A stretch of DNA of 64,000 nt, taken from the NCBI GenBank assembly GCA_033810155.1, contig JAPXKJ010000003.1:24639-88638 (forward strand). Direction: 5' to 3'. A model generated the notes under the pieces. The model did not search any database. It was not told the origin of the DNA and saw nothing but the letters and a program-made list of their open reading frames with translations. Positions 18,561 through 28,809 of this stretch are shown piece by piece. A program made the position numbers and the translations under genes. Every line of letters starts with the position of its first letter. Within the stretch, counting starts at the first letter, position 1. The stretch comes from Bacillota bacterium (GTDB taxonomy: Bacteria > Bacillota > Sulfobacillia > Fermentithermobacillales > Fermentithermobacillaceae).

Positions 18561-18596
18561 GTCAAAACCCCCTTCATACAAGAAATCATGATATAT

Positions 18597-18947
18597 CTAT
18601 ATCTCCTTAAGTCCCAATGAGATGGATAAGCCTTCATCAACTCTATCCATTATGTCTTTGTCGAGGTGCGCTACCCATTTCTTCAGCCGCCTTTTGTCTA
18701 TGGTCCTAATCTGCTCAAGTAAAATGACAGAGTCCTTTTCGAGATTAGAAACGCTTGCAGGCAACTCAACATGAGTGGGAAGCTTTGCTTTTTGGATCTG
18801 CGAACTTATGGCCGAAACAATGACCGTAGGACTGTATTTATTCCCTATATCGTTTTGCACGATTAGAACGGGTCTGAATCCGCCTTGTTCTGAACCAAGC
18901 ACGGGATTCAAGTCTGCAAAATAGATATCTCCTCGAGAAGGCTCCAA
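18597..18947 (-). CDS. mazF: type II toxin MazF/PemK family endoribonuclease (EndoA-like)
   Basis: Near-identical in pattern to B. subtilis EndoA: [28 protein letters not shown]...KAKLPTHVE...[13 protein letters not shown]. Confidence 0.9.
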   Translation of the reverse strand: MEPSRGDIYFADLNPVLGSEQGGFRPVLIVQNDIGNKYSPTVIVSAISSQIQKAKLPTHVELPASVSNLEKDSVILLEQIRTIDKRRLKKWVAHLDKDIMDRVDEGLSISLGLKEI

Positions 18948-19286
18948 TCAGGTCTTCCTCCATTTGTCTAAGTTCTCAGTACGCACGATCCTTCCTACCA
19001 CCTCGGCGTAGTACTCATCATCGTAATCATTGCGAGGAAAACAAGCAAAATCGCACCATATCTCCTCAGCAAGCACTTGGTTTATCTCCGCCATTTCTAG
19101 GTATCCAGTTTTCATAGATTCAAGCATATTGTCCCTTTTTATCTTCTCAATATAAAAACAACATGCCTCTTCAATAAACAAAGACCGGGTCTTGCTCATT
19201 CTCCTTGCAATGTCATCTATATCTGCAAGTACACCTTCGGGAAGTTTTGTCACAAACTCTTTCATCCTGTCCAAATCTAAGCCCAC
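18948..19286 (-). CDS. mazE: RHH/CopG-type antitoxin (EndoAI/MazE-like)
   Basis: Ends 1 nt before the mazF start. Has the LPE..L..ID....R....R...IEEA..Y....R......GY.EMA.IN pattern of EndoAI. Confidence 0.7.
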   Translation of the reverse strand: MGLDLDRMKEFVTKLPEGVLADIDDIARRMSKTRSLFIEEACCFYIEKIKRDNMLESMKTGYLEMAEINQVLAEEIWCDFACFPRNDYDDEYYAEVVGRIVRTENLDKWRKT

Positions 19287-19322
19287 CCTTTGGCAGGCCC
19301 TTCACCTCTCTTCGCAGAGTTT

Positions 19323-20972
19323 TCATTGCCTCTGGCCGCGTTCTATCGCTGCCCTACTCTGAGGCAAGCATTCTACGATGTCTCCGGCGAGTATCCCATA
19401 GGAGCCCTTGTTCTCATATGCTATCTCGCCTGCAGTTCCATGCCAAAACACCCCAACAACGGCACTGTCTAGAGGAGCCAAACCCTGAGCTCCCAGACCT
19501 GCAATTACCCCTGTCAAAACATCTCCGGCCCCCGCTGTAGCCATGGCAGCAGTACCCGAAGTATTAATAAACAGTTGACCTTCTGGCCCAGCCGTACATG
19601 TTCCGGCGCCTTTGAGACAGACAACGCTCTTAGATTCCATGGCTGCTTTTAACGCAATACGCGGCCTATCCCGGTTCAATTCTGACACACCCATATTACA
19701 TAGTGTTGCCATCTCTCCGGGATGAGGCGTAAGTATGAACTCACCGTGGAGTTTTGCAAGATATGGCAATCCGCCCAATTCCGCCAAACTAAAGAGCGCA
19801 TCTGCATCTATCACACAAGGTATGTTCAACACGTGCGGCAACATTTCCTTCAAGAATCCTGTCTGAGAAAGTCCCCTGCCCCATCCGGGCCCTATAGCTA
19901 CCGCGTCGCTTTTTTGTATGTTGTCTTTTATCATTCTAAATGATATGGGATCAGGCGTAAAGACCTCAGAATCTCCGCAAGGAAGCACCATCACCTCTGG
20001 TACCGCCGACGCACAGGCTTCGTAAATCTTGCCGGGGCAAATGAGAGTAACAGTCCCGGCGCCTGCTCTAAGAGCACCCTTTGCACACAAAACAGACGCA
20101 CCTGCCATCCCGAGTGAACCTGCTATCACCGTAACATGACCTGACATCCCCTTGTGGTGGTCTGCTTGTCTCACGGGCAAAAGCGGCCTCACATCTTGTG
20201 AGAACACGGCCTGTGTCGTAACCTCAATTGGATTCGTAAGCAAATCCTGGGCACTTTCGGAAGTGGTGTGCTGTCTCACCGATCCCCCTATACTAACTAC
20301 ACGATCAGGCGGAAAACTCAGGTTCTCTACTATTACATCACCTGCAAACATCCTGCCAGGGTAGGACAAGAGACCTATTTTGGCATAGCCCATAGTTACA
20401 GTGACAGTAGCCCTTATGCACGGCTCATATACTTCTCCTGTATCCGCAGATACCCCTGTAGGTATATCACAAGCGACAATCGGTGCTCCTTGAGAATTTG
20501 CCCATTCTGTGGCGAGATCCAGGGGAAATCTAGGACCCTCTTTTGCCCCAATTCCCAAAAGAGCATCAATTATGAGGTCAGGCGAGTCTAGCTGATCGAG
20601 GATCGCTTGCGGATTTTTATAATGGTCAAGAGAATGCACTTTGATTGGATAGGCTTTCAACATCTCATAGTTGGTAAACGCTTCGTAAGGCAGACCTGCT
20701 TCTTTCCCAAAAAAGCCCACCTTAACTTCATATCCATGCGCCGCTAGATGCCTTGCGGCGCAGAAGCCATCGCCACCGTTTTGACCGGGACCCGCAAGAA
20801 CAACTATGGTTCCTTTACTTCTGGGTTTACGGATACCCCTCCCATCTAAAAGAGCCATGGAATGATAAGCCAGGGCCCTCCCCGCATTTTCCATAAGGAT
20901 AAGAGCCGGAACGCCCATTTTCTGAACCATGCGATCTATCTCGCGCATTTGTTGTGAAGATACCAGGACCAC
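19323..20972 (-). CDS. nnr: bifunctional NAD(P)H-hydrate repair enzyme (YjeF N-terminal epimerase + ADP-dependent dehydratase)
   Basis: 549 aa. N-terminal VLAGPGQNGGDG and C-terminal GPGWG...TPHPGE...GAGDVLTG. Confidence 0.9.
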   Translation of the reverse strand: MVLVSSQQMREIDRMVQKMGVPALILMENAGRALAYHSMALLDGRGIRKPRSKGTIVVLAGPGQNGGDGFCAARHLAAHGYEVKVGFFGKEAGLPYEAFTNYEMLKAYPIKVHSLDHYKNPQAILDQLDSPDLIIDALLGIGAKEGPRFPLDLATEWANSQGAPIVACDIPTGVSADTGEVYEPCIRATVTVTMGYAKIGLLSYPGRMFAGDVIVENLSFPPDRVVSIGGSVRQHTTSESAQDLLTNPIEVTTQAVFSQDVRPLLPVRQADHHKGMSGHVTVIAGSLGMAGASVLCAKGALRAGAGTVTLICPGKIYEACASAVPEVMVLPCGDSEVFTPDPISFRMIKDNIQKSDAVAIGPGWGRGLSQTGFLKEMLPHVLNIPCVIDADALFSLAELGGLPYLAKLHGEFILTPHPGEMATLCNMGVSELNRDRPRIALKAAMESKSVVCLKGAGTCTAGPEGQLFINTSGTAAMATAGAGDVLTGVIAGLGAQGLAPLDSAVVGVFWHGTAGEIAYENKGSYGILAGDIVECLPQSRAAIERGQRQ

Positions 20973-21009
20973 TTCTCAAAACCTCCTTCGCCTAGGCTAA
21001 TGTCGAAGT

Positions 21010-21408
21010 TTATTGCCTAGGTACTCCAATGGCAACTGCAGCTGCCATCTGGCCATCGTGAGTAATCGAAATCTCTATGGATTCTAGGTTTTCCTCTTCC
21101 ATTAGGCGCGACGCATTACCTTTCAGACAAGCGACCGGACGCCCTTTTTCCCTACGTACGATCTCAATATCAGTCCACGGGATCTTTGGCCATCCCTCCC
21201 CCAAAACCTTCATGACCGCTTCCTTGGCAGCAATAGAGCCAGCCATTCTCTCTATCTGTCTCCTAGGCCTAGGACTAAGCAAGCAAAACCTGATTTCATC
21301 GCATGTGAAGAATCTTTCGAGAAAGAGGTTTTGCCTTGTGCTGTACATCTCTTCGACTCGAGCTAACGACACCAAGTCAAGTCCTATCCTGAAACCACAC
21401 GAGTCCAT
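21010..21408 (-). CDS. acpS: holo-[acyl-carrier-protein] synthase
   Basis: GLDLVSL...IAAKEA...GRP. Start placed at ATG 21408 (AAAGGGG 8 nt upstream); the track ORF starts upstream at 21489. Confidence 0.8.
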   Translation of the reverse strand: MDSCGFRIGLDLVSLARVEEMYSTRQNLFLERFFTCDEIRFCLLSPRPRRQIERMAGSIAAKEAVMKVLGEGWPKIPWTDIEIVRREKGRPVACLKGNASRLMEEENLESIEISITHDGQMAAAVAIGVPRQ

Positions 21409-21595
21409 CAGCATTGCCCCTTTTAAAAAAACCAAAATCGCGCCTTCCTTTGCCCACAGATCATACAGGAAGGCGCTTCTACATTCCATACGTCACGCCG
21501 CTATCCCTTCAGTGCCTTCACCTTGTTCTTGATTACTTTTATGTTGCAATTTCACCTCTGATTGCAGTATGAGTAAGTAAGAGGAGGTTAGTCAT

Positions 21596-23041
21596 TTGAT
21601 AGAAAATTTTAGTGTTAGAGAATTTGAAGACTATGTCAGCAAATTGATGGAAAAGACCAAGGTCCCTGGTATCGCTGTAGGGATCGGCGTTGATGGCAAT
21701 ATGGAGTACTTCAAGGGTTTTGGCCTTTCAGATGTAGAAAAGAACCAGCCAGTAACAGAAGACACAGTATTCGGTCTCGCCTCTGTAACCAAATCCTTTA
21801 CGGCTCTTTGCATAAACCTTTTGGCCGAAGAGAAGAAACTGTCGGTATCCCACCCTGTAAAGCGATATCTTCCAGAATTCAGTATTCTCCGATCGAACAC
21901 AGCCGACAAGATGACGCTACACTCTTTCTTGACACATACCTCGGGAATACCACCTCTTCCATCCCTCGATTACGTAAACGAACTCAGCATTACTGTAGAA
22001 GAGTATTTGGCTGATCCGATGGCTTTGAGAAACAAACCTGACGGTTGCTTGCAAGGGAAACCTGTGATTCGAACCAACAAAGATCTACTGCGATTTATCG
22101 CAAATTACAGTTTCGAACCGCTTGGCCGACCGGGACAATACATGAGTTATTCCAACGATTGCTTCTCCCTGTTAGGCGAGGTAATCGAAAGGGTTTCGGG
22201 TATCTCGTTTGAGCAGTATTTGAAGAAAAATGTCCTGGAGCCATTGGAAATGGACCATACCTTCATTGATGTGGCCGCTCTGTCTGATTTCGAATTTCAA
22301 GGGCTATACTATCGCGACGAAAAAGGTAACCTAGCCAAAGCTCCTTGGAAACACAGAGAAACGTTCGTATCGTCAGGATCGTTGAAATCATCTACTAAGG
22401 ATCTGCTTAGATACACTAGTTTATACATTGAAAAAGGCTTCTGGGGAAGTAATAGGATCTGCGAAACGGCAACCGCAGATAGAATAACATCGCCTTACTA
22501 TTCTATCGAAGGCGGAGGTTACTACGGCTATGGATTCCAGGTAGAACCCAGATACTGTGATGGGGTCACTTTAGTACATCACGGTGGAAACATAGTCGGA
22601 GTGGCCTCATATATTGGGTTCATACCCGAAAAGAAACTCTCTGTCTGCGTATTGTCAAATCTGAGCGGTTTTCCTGCTTCTAAAGTGTTTTTTGCTGCTA
22701 TAAACGGAATTCTGAATCTCCCACGGAACTACCACGAACCGAAAGTGCCCGCAGCGAGCATTCCTCCTGAACATTCGGCAAAGTTTACAGGGCTTTACGC
22801 ATCGGGAGAAGGTACCGAGGTTTCTATCGCCTTCGACGGTAAAAACCTCTACTATATCGTACACGGCAAGAACAGAAAAAGCGTGTATCCCGCAATACCG
22901 ACCAGTTACAATTCTATACGTGTAGACAGAGATATTGACCTCGAAGATGATGAAGATAGCACCGATTTATACTTCTTGTTTGACGCAAAGGGCGATGTCT
23001 GGGCAATGCGGCATGGCCTTAGACTCATTAGAAAAGTATGA
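21596..23041 (+). CDS. beta-lactamase-fold serine hydrolase (class C / D-aminopeptidase-like)
   Basis: SVTKSF is an SxxK active-site motif near the N-terminus of a 481-aa protein. Confidence 0.7.
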   Translation: MIENFSVREFEDYVSKLMEKTKVPGIAVGIGVDGNMEYFKGFGLSDVEKNQPVTEDTVFGLASVTKSFTALCINLLAEEKKLSVSHPVKRYLPEFSILRSNTADKMTLHSFLTHTSGIPPLPSLDYVNELSITVEEYLADPMALRNKPDGCLQGKPVIRTNKDLLRFIANYSFEPLGRPGQYMSYSNDCFSLLGEVIERVSGISFEQYLKKNVLEPLEMDHTFIDVAALSDFEFQGLYYRDEKGNLAKAPWKHRETFVSSGSLKSSTKDLLRYTSLYIEKGFWGSNRICETATADRITSPYYSIEGGGYYGYGFQVEPRYCDGVTLVHHGGNIVGVASYIGFIPEKKLSVCVLSNLSGFPASKVFFAAINGILNLPRNYHEPKVPAASIPPEHSAKFTGLYASGEGTEVSIAFDGKNLYYIVHGKNRKSVYPAIPTSYNSIRVDRDIDLEDDEDSTDLYFLFDAKGDVWAMRHGLRLIRKV

Positions 23042-23089
23042 TAGAGAAAGAGTGATCGTGAACCATCACCGAGTGGAAGGAGCAGGGAT

Positions 23090-24541
23090 ATGTTTAAAGT
23101 AAACAACTTCGAATTAGACCAAGTACCTTATGCAGATATAGTAGAGGACTGCAGCGCAATCATAGTAGGAAAGAAGGCATCAGCAACCGGCGAGGTCCTT
23201 TTTGGCCACAATGAGGATGACCGAGGCAACAACGTAATGGTGCAATACAGAGTCCCACGGAAAAAGCACAACCCTGGAGAGTATCTCACTTTCGAACCCG
23301 AGTGCGCCAAGATCCCACAAGTCCCTGTGACCTGGGGGTATATTTGGTCCGAAACACGAGCAAGTTGGAAAGCTCCATTTAGCGACACTTTCATAAACGA
23401 ATGGGGAGTCGCGATAGCCAGTGATAGCTGCTCAAATTCAAGAGAGGATATGCCAGAACTAACAAACGGCGGCATAGGATATGGCTTAGGTCATATAGTG
23501 GCTCAAAGAGCACGAACAGCAAGAGAAGGCGTCGAAATTGCAGCGGGCCTTCTGGATAAGTATGGGTACACAGCATCCGGTCGGGCATACCAGATTGTCG
23601 ACAACAATGAAGGTTGGGTGCTTCAAGTTGTAAAGGGCAAGCACTACGTAGCAAAGAGAGTGCCAGATGATGAAGTCATGTTCATTCCAAACTGGTACAC
23701 AATTCGAAATGTGGATCTGTCTGACAAAAATAACTACATTGCGTCTGACGACTTAATCACGTATGCAATTGACCGGGGATGGTATAAGCCTAGCGTCCCT
23801 TCCGATTTCAGCGATTTTGACTTCGCCATCGCCTATCAGGATCCCAATCAGAAACAAGACGGCAATATCTACCGCCATAAAAATGCTCTCCGCATGATCT
23901 TGGGTAAGGAACCCGAAGATGTGAGGGTATTCTCTGTAAGTCCGAAAGAGAAATTGGGAGTAGAAGATGTGAAGAAAATCTTAAGAACACACTACGAAGG
24001 CAAAGACGACGACTTGTCAAACGGATATTCTGTGAACCCTCATAAGACCGGCATCCGCACCATATGTACTTCGACCACAATCGAGAGCATAGTCGTGCAG
24101 TTCAGAGAAAAGCCTGAACTCACCTGTGTATGGCGTGCACTGCTAAATCCATGTACAAGCCCCTATGTACCTTGGTATCTGGGCATTGACAAAATACCTA
24201 CCGGCTTTGGTTGGATTTCACCGGAAACAGGGTTGGCTAATCACTTCAATGTGCCTCTTGCGGACCTTTCATATCGACCAGGCAGAGCATGGTGGGCATT
24301 CCAAGACGTGCAGGATTTGGCAGATGAATCTTATGCCGAGTTCATCGGAAGAATCTCGGAGTCTAGAGATGCTCTCGAAGAAATGTGGCGCAAATCTCAA
24401 AACGAATTTGAAGCACGGGTTTCGGAGACTCTATCAGATGACCCTGAGAAAGCGATAAGGATGCTCACAACCTACACTGATAAGCAAGCGCGTTTGGCCT
24501 GGACAACATGGAGAAAACTATTCCAAGACTTACTTAGCTAA
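23090..24541 (+). CDS. C69 family dipeptidase
   Basis: 483-aa protein with N-terminal DCSAIIVGKKASATG..LFGHNED, consistent with the N-terminal-nucleophile Cys of peptidase C69. Confidence 0.7.
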   Translation: MFKVNNFELDQVPYADIVEDCSAIIVGKKASATGEVLFGHNEDDRGNNVMVQYRVPRKKHNPGEYLTFEPECAKIPQVPVTWGYIWSETRASWKAPFSDTFINEWGVAIASDSCSNSREDMPELTNGGIGYGLGHIVAQRARTAREGVEIAAGLLDKYGYTASGRAYQIVDNNEGWVLQVVKGKHYVAKRVPDDEVMFIPNWYTIRNVDLSDKNNYIASDDLITYAIDRGWYKPSVPSDFSDFDFAIAYQDPNQKQDGNIYRHKNALRMILGKEPEDVRVFSVSPKEKLGVEDVKKILRTHYEGKDDDLSNGYSVNPHKTGIRTICTSTTIESIVVQFREKPELTCVWRALLNPCTSPYVPWYLGIDKIPTGFGWISPETGLANHFNVPLADLSYRPGRAWWAFQDVQDLADESYAEFIGRISESRDALEEMWRKSQNEFEARVSETLSDDPEKAIRMLTTYTDKQARLAWTTWRKLFQDLLS

Positions 24542-24555
24542 CAGCAAAGATAGAA

Positions 24556-24585
24556 AGGGGAACTTGTCCAGTTCCCCTCTTTTTC
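24556..24585. terminator. bidirectional rho-independent terminator between the convergent C69 dipeptidase gene and glmM
   Basis: AGGGGAAC-TTGTCCA-GTTCCCCT stem-loop, followed by CTTTTTCC on the plus strand and UUUCUAUCUUU on the minus strand. Confidence 0.6.
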
Positions 24586-24607
24586 CATCTTCGGAGACAT
24601 TGGTAAC

Positions 24608-25960
24608 TTATGACCCGATTTCCTTTTCAACGATTGTCTTTAGGTAGTCAATACATCTTTCAACGATTGCGGGGTCTTCTGATTCTACCATGATCCTCAC
24701 GACTGGTTCAGTTCCTGAAGCCCTTACGAGGACTCGCCCTACTCCTGATAATTGGCTGCTGATCTCTTTTACAGCTTCTTGCACCTTGGGAAGGTTGGCT
24801 ATTTCGTCCGGACACGGAGCCTTCACGTTTACCTGAACTTGGGGAATCTCCTTAACGACTGAAGCAAGTTCTGAGAAAGGAGACCTCGACCCTGCCAGTA
24901 TCTCACCTATGCATAGTGAGGTCAAAATACCGTCTCCGGCATGTAAAATGTCACCTATGATTATGTGACCCGACTGTTCGCCACCTAGGCTATATCCCCC
25001 CCGAAGCATCTCTTCAAGAACAAACCTGTCGCCAACTTGGGTTCTAATCAATTTGACGCCATAGGAAGAGAGGCAGCGCTCCAAACCATAATTAGACATA
25101 ACTGTGCCTACAACAGTGTTTTTGGACAGCCGCCCATTTTGAGCCATATGAAGCCCGATGATAGCCATCAATTTATCGCCGTTTATCACATTCCCTTTCT
25201 CATCTACTGCTATACATCTGTCACCATCACCATCATATGCGAATCCTGCATCATAAGAGCCCCGTGCTACCTCAGATGCCAAAGAATCAGGGTGTGTGGA
25301 ACCACACTCGCAATTTATGTTGAATCCGTCAGGAGAAAAATTCATGAAATCAGCATTTGGACACAAGAAACGCCACACATCGCGAGCGATCGTAGAAGTA
25401 GAACCATTCGCAGTATCGATTAGGACCTTAAGATCCGATAAATCTGTAGCAGGCAGAGCTTTCAGAAAATCGCTGTACGAGTTCACAAGATGACTGCCTC
25501 GTATGACTTTACCTATCTCTTTTCCAACGGGCCACGGGCCTCCATCTTCTCGGTCAGAAATGATCTTAGAGATGGTGACCTCAGCCTCATCCGAAATCTT
25601 CATCCCATCAGAGCCAAATACTTTCAGCCCATTGTACTCGAACGAATTGTGGGATGCGGAGATCATCACACCCCCGCTTAGGTCAAAGTGCGTGATGATG
25701 TACGAAAGTCCCGGCGTGGTGATAACACCCAGCTGGATCACGCCTCTTCCTGTAGAACAAACTCCAGCTGTAAGAGCAGCTTCTAGCATGTCGCTGGAAA
25801 CCCTTGTATCTTTTCCAACACAAATTGGTCTGTCATGTGATAGCAGAAAACCTACCGCCCTACCCAACCTAAAAGCTATTTCACAAGTCAAGTCCTGATT
25901 AGCAATCCCGCGAATACCATCGGTCCCAAATAAGTTCAAAGCACCACCCCCACATTTCAA
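24608..25960 (-). CDS. glmM: phosphoglucosamine mutase
   Basis: FGTDGIRG, the SASHN phosphoserine loop and GEQSGH. Last gene of cdaA-cdaR-glmM. The exact start is uncertain (TTG). Confidence 0.9.
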   Translation of the reverse strand: MKCGGGALNLFGTDGIRGIANQDLTCEIAFRLGRAVGFLLSHDRPICVGKDTRVSSDMLEAALTAGVCSTGRGVIQLGVITTPGLSYIITHFDLSGGVMISASHNSFEYNGLKVFGSDGMKISDEAEVTISKIISDREDGGPWPVGKEIGKVIRGSHLVNSYSDFLKALPATDLSDLKVLIDTANGSTSTIARDVWRFLCPNADFMNFSPDGFNINCECGSTHPDSLASEVARGSYDAGFAYDGDGDRCIAVDEKGNVINGDKLMAIIGLHMAQNGRLSKNTVVGTVMSNYGLERCLSSYGVKLIRTQVGDRFVLEEMLRGGYSLGGEQSGHIIIGDILHAGDGILTSLCIGEILAGSRSPFSELASVVKEIPQVQVNVKAPCPDEIANLPKVQEAVKEISSQLSGVGRVLVRASGTEPVVRIMVESEDPAIVERCIDYLKTIVEKEIGS

Positions 25961-26003
25961 GCAAAACCATCAGATTACCAAGGGCCTCCCTCTGCCGGCA
26001 GAA

Positions 26004-27218
26004 CTATCTCTTGGTCAGAGTTAACTTGACTTTTGGCGGTTTTATGTCTACTTGGAGGATATCCGCGCTGACTCCTTCAAGAGCATCGATCTTGTACGCC
26101 ACCACGAGGTCATGGGTTCCCTCGCCTCTCCCCTGAGCGTCTATGTAAACTGTTATGTCTTCGCTCCGGATCTTACGAACAAGGTCGCTCCTGCCGGTAA
26201 GAACGACGTTTACTGTGGCAGGCTCTATGCTCCAGGTATATCCTACAGGCGGAGACTCTAATTGCACTATGACATCTTCAAGGGTGCGAGTTTCGATCTC
26301 TTCGATTATGTCTACCTTAACGACAACTTGCTGCGTTTGACAACTAACGCCAGTAGGAAGGCTGAGCGAAACTGTAGTCTGGAAGGCGCTATCCTTTCCC
26401 GAAACATCCACAGGCTTCGTACCTATCCAATTTATGGTATCGATGATGCTTTTGTCTCCCCGGATTTTAACTTGCTGCGGATTGGCTACAATAGGCCCAA
26501 TCGTGTACCCATCTTTCGGAGTCCCGCTGACGACGACCTGGACCGGTACGAGTTTGGCCGGAGGTAGTTTTTGCAAAGGTACCAAAACTTCTATCTCCGA
26601 AGGTTCAATCTGTATACCAGACAGCTCGTTTCCTGCCGCATCTACTGCGACGAGTTTGGCCGTTGCGTTAACTTCGCTCGTTGCTCCGGTTATATCCACT
26701 ACGGCGTAAACGTGGTCTACTTTCTCAACAAATCTTTTGGCCCCTCTTACAGTCACAGCATTTACAGATGGCATTGGCATACCCTTTTCGTAGTCTTCGC
26801 CCGGACTACCCTGCACTTCTACCACAACGCCTACTTCGGCAGAACTCATGACATCAAGTTCAAAGGCGACTGTTGCCGGGCTTATCTCGACTACCTTGAT
26901 GCCATAGGGTACATCAACGTGAGGAGTTGTAGAAAAAGAACCTGGTTCAACTGAAGAAAGATCAACCTCAACCTTTAATTTCCCGGCGTCCAGCTCATCT
27001 AGGGTTCTTGTCCGTCCCTCTAGCGTCACTGTTACCTTATCGGGATTTGTCGACACGATCATCATTCCGTCTTGAACCATAGCAGGAACTACATCCAAGA
27101 CAAAGCTACGCCGTTCAATTGGATTTTTGTCATTGAAAACCTGTGCCCAAACAACAACGGCGAGGATGATAGCAATGATTTTCGCGGTGAGGTCTTTAGA
27201 CATTGCCGCCTTAATCAT
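26004..27218 (-). CDS. cdaR: CdaR (YbbR-domain regulator of diadenylate cyclase)
   Basis: N-terminal TM helix followed by repeated YbbR-like beta-rich domains. ATGA overlap with cdaA. Confidence 0.75.
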   Translation of the reverse strand: MIKAAMSKDLTAKIIAIILAVVVWAQVFNDKNPIERRSFVLDVVPAMVQDGMMIVSTNPDKVTVTLEGRTRTLDELDAGKLKVEVDLSSVEPGSFSTTPHVDVPYGIKVVEISPATVAFELDVMSSAEVGVVVEVQGSPGEDYEKGMPMPSVNAVTVRGAKRFVEKVDHVYAVVDITGATSEVNATAKLVAVDAAGNELSGIQIEPSEIEVLVPLQKLPPAKLVPVQVVVSGTPKDGYTIGPIVANPQQVKIRGDKSIIDTINWIGTKPVDVSGKDSAFQTTVSLSLPTGVSCQTQQVVVKVDIIEEIETRTLEDVIVQLESPPVGYTWSIEPATVNVVLTGRSDLVRKIRSEDITVYIDAQGRGEGTHDLVVAYKIDALEGVSADILQVDIKPPKVKLTLTKR

Positions 27219-28120
27219 CTGTCATACCCCCGGCCGAAAATCCCAGAGATGTGCTGCATATCGAGACTTTCCATAAGTTTTTCCTTGAGAGTTTTGGCAT
27301 CCAATCCACGTATAAGCCTCCCGCCGTCAGCAAACGATACAATTCCAGTTTCCTCGGACACAACCACTGAGACTGCGTCAGACACCTGAGTAACGCCTAT
27401 AGCGGCCCGGTGTCTGGATCCCAATTCTATTGCAACGGGATCTTGAGTAAACGGAAGAAAACTAGCCGCGACGGCTATTCTGTCTTCTCTTATTATGCAA
27501 GCACCGTCGTGAAGAGGGCTGCCGGGATTGAAGATGTTCTTAAGCAGTTCACGACTGACTAAAGCGTCAAGCCTAACGGCATCTTCCATATACTCTTCAA
27601 GCCCCGTCTGCCTTTCTAGCACGATAAGCGCGCCGATTCTATCTGAAGACATATCGAAACAAGCGGACACTATCTCGTCAATTGTCCGCTCAATGGATTC
27701 TCCGCCTGACTTCAGAAAGGAGCGTGAAAATATCTTACCGCGACCGATTTGTTCAAGAGCGCGCCTGAGCTCAGGCTGGAAAACGACGGGTAACGCAACA
27801 AGAAGCATTGTTCGTATTTGCACCAAAAGCCAGTTGACAGTGTAGAGCCTGGCCCACTGGGTTAAAGAGACAAGAAGTAGCAGTATGATGATACCCTTGA
27901 GAAGTTGAACAGCCCGCGTACCTTTGATCAGCGTATATATCTTGTAGAAGAAATACGCGACCAAAGCGATATCGATAATGGCCAATATAGCATCTTGCCA
28001 AGTGAAAAACTTGAGTTGCTCTAACAAGTGCCCGAACACATCCTTTCCATTGCGTATAGGATAACACTCAGACAAGCGCGGATAAACCCTTTTTTTGAAG
28101 GACTGTACCACAAGCGACAT
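27215..28120 (-). CDS. cdaA: diadenylate cyclase CdaA (DisA_N domain, membrane-anchored)
   Basis: Three N-terminal TM helices, then a DAC domain with GALIV...DGA...RHRAA motifs. Confidence 0.85.
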   Translation of the reverse strand: MSLVVQSFKKRVYPRLSECYPIRNGKDVFGHLLEQLKFFTWQDAILAIIDIALVAYFFYKIYTLIKGTRAVQLLKGIIILLLLVSLTQWARLYTVNWLLVQIRTMLLVALPVVFQPELRRALEQIGRGKIFSRSFLKSGGESIERTIDEIVSACFDMSSDRIGALIVLERQTGLEEYMEDAVRLDALVSRELLKNIFNPGSPLHDGACIIREDRIAVAASFLPFTQDPVAIELGSRHRAAIGVTQVSDAVSVVVSEETGIVSFADGGRLIRGLDAKTLKEKLMESLDMQHISGIFGRGYDR

Positions 28121-28236
28121 CTGTTTGATAAACCCGCTGCATTCTGTAATTATCTTGCCTCAGCATTTGATTCGTGCATAGGATTGTGTATCATTGATAT
28201 TAGCGGCAGATAATTAGTGTAAGGAGGTGGATTTGC

Positions 28237-28797
28237 GTGACAGTTTACTTTGAAAAGCCCGGACGCTCAAATACCGAAGACACTGCTTCCATCGCGCTCA
28301 ATCGTGCTAAGGAACTCGGCATAAAAAACATAGTTGTAGCCTCAAACACGGGACAGACCGCGCGCTTTTTCATTGATGACAACATCAACCTGACTTGTGT
28401 AACCCATCAATCCGGTTTCCGCGAGCCTGGATGCAACGAGATGAGTGAAGAAGAAAGGGTAAGCCTTGAGTCAGAAGGCGTAAAAGTCCTAACCACTACC
28501 CATCTTTTCGGCAACGTAGAAAGAGCGGTGACCAACAAATTCGGAGGATTGTATCCAGGTGGGATTATTTCCCACACGCTTCGCATGTTTTCCCAAGGAA
28601 CGAAAGTAGCTGTAGAGGTGGCGGTCATGGCGCTAGACGCCGGTATGATCCCCTACGGCGAAATGATAATATCAGTAGGAGGAACAAGCGGTGGGGCTGA
28701 TACCGCACTTGTCCTTCTTCCAGCTCATTCTAACAATATATTCGATACCCAGATATTGGAAATACTATGCAAACCGCTTAAACCGAGAAAACAGTAG
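28237..28797 (+). CDS. pyruvate kinase C-terminal (alpha/beta) domain-like protein
   Basis: NIVVASNTGQTARFF matches the PK_C pattern ivv.t.sG.tAr. GTG start with AAGGAGGTGG upstream. Confidence 0.4.
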   Translation: MTVYFEKPGRSNTEDTASIALNRAKELGIKNIVVASNTGQTARFFIDDNINLTCVTHQSGFREPGCNEMSEEERVSLESEGVKVLTTTHLFGNVERAVTNKFGGLYPGGIISHTLRMFSQGTKVAVEVAVMALDAGMIPYGEMIISVGGTSGGADTALVLLPAHSNNIFDTQILEILCKPLKPRKQ

Positions 28798-28809
28798 CAT
28801 TTTGGGAGG

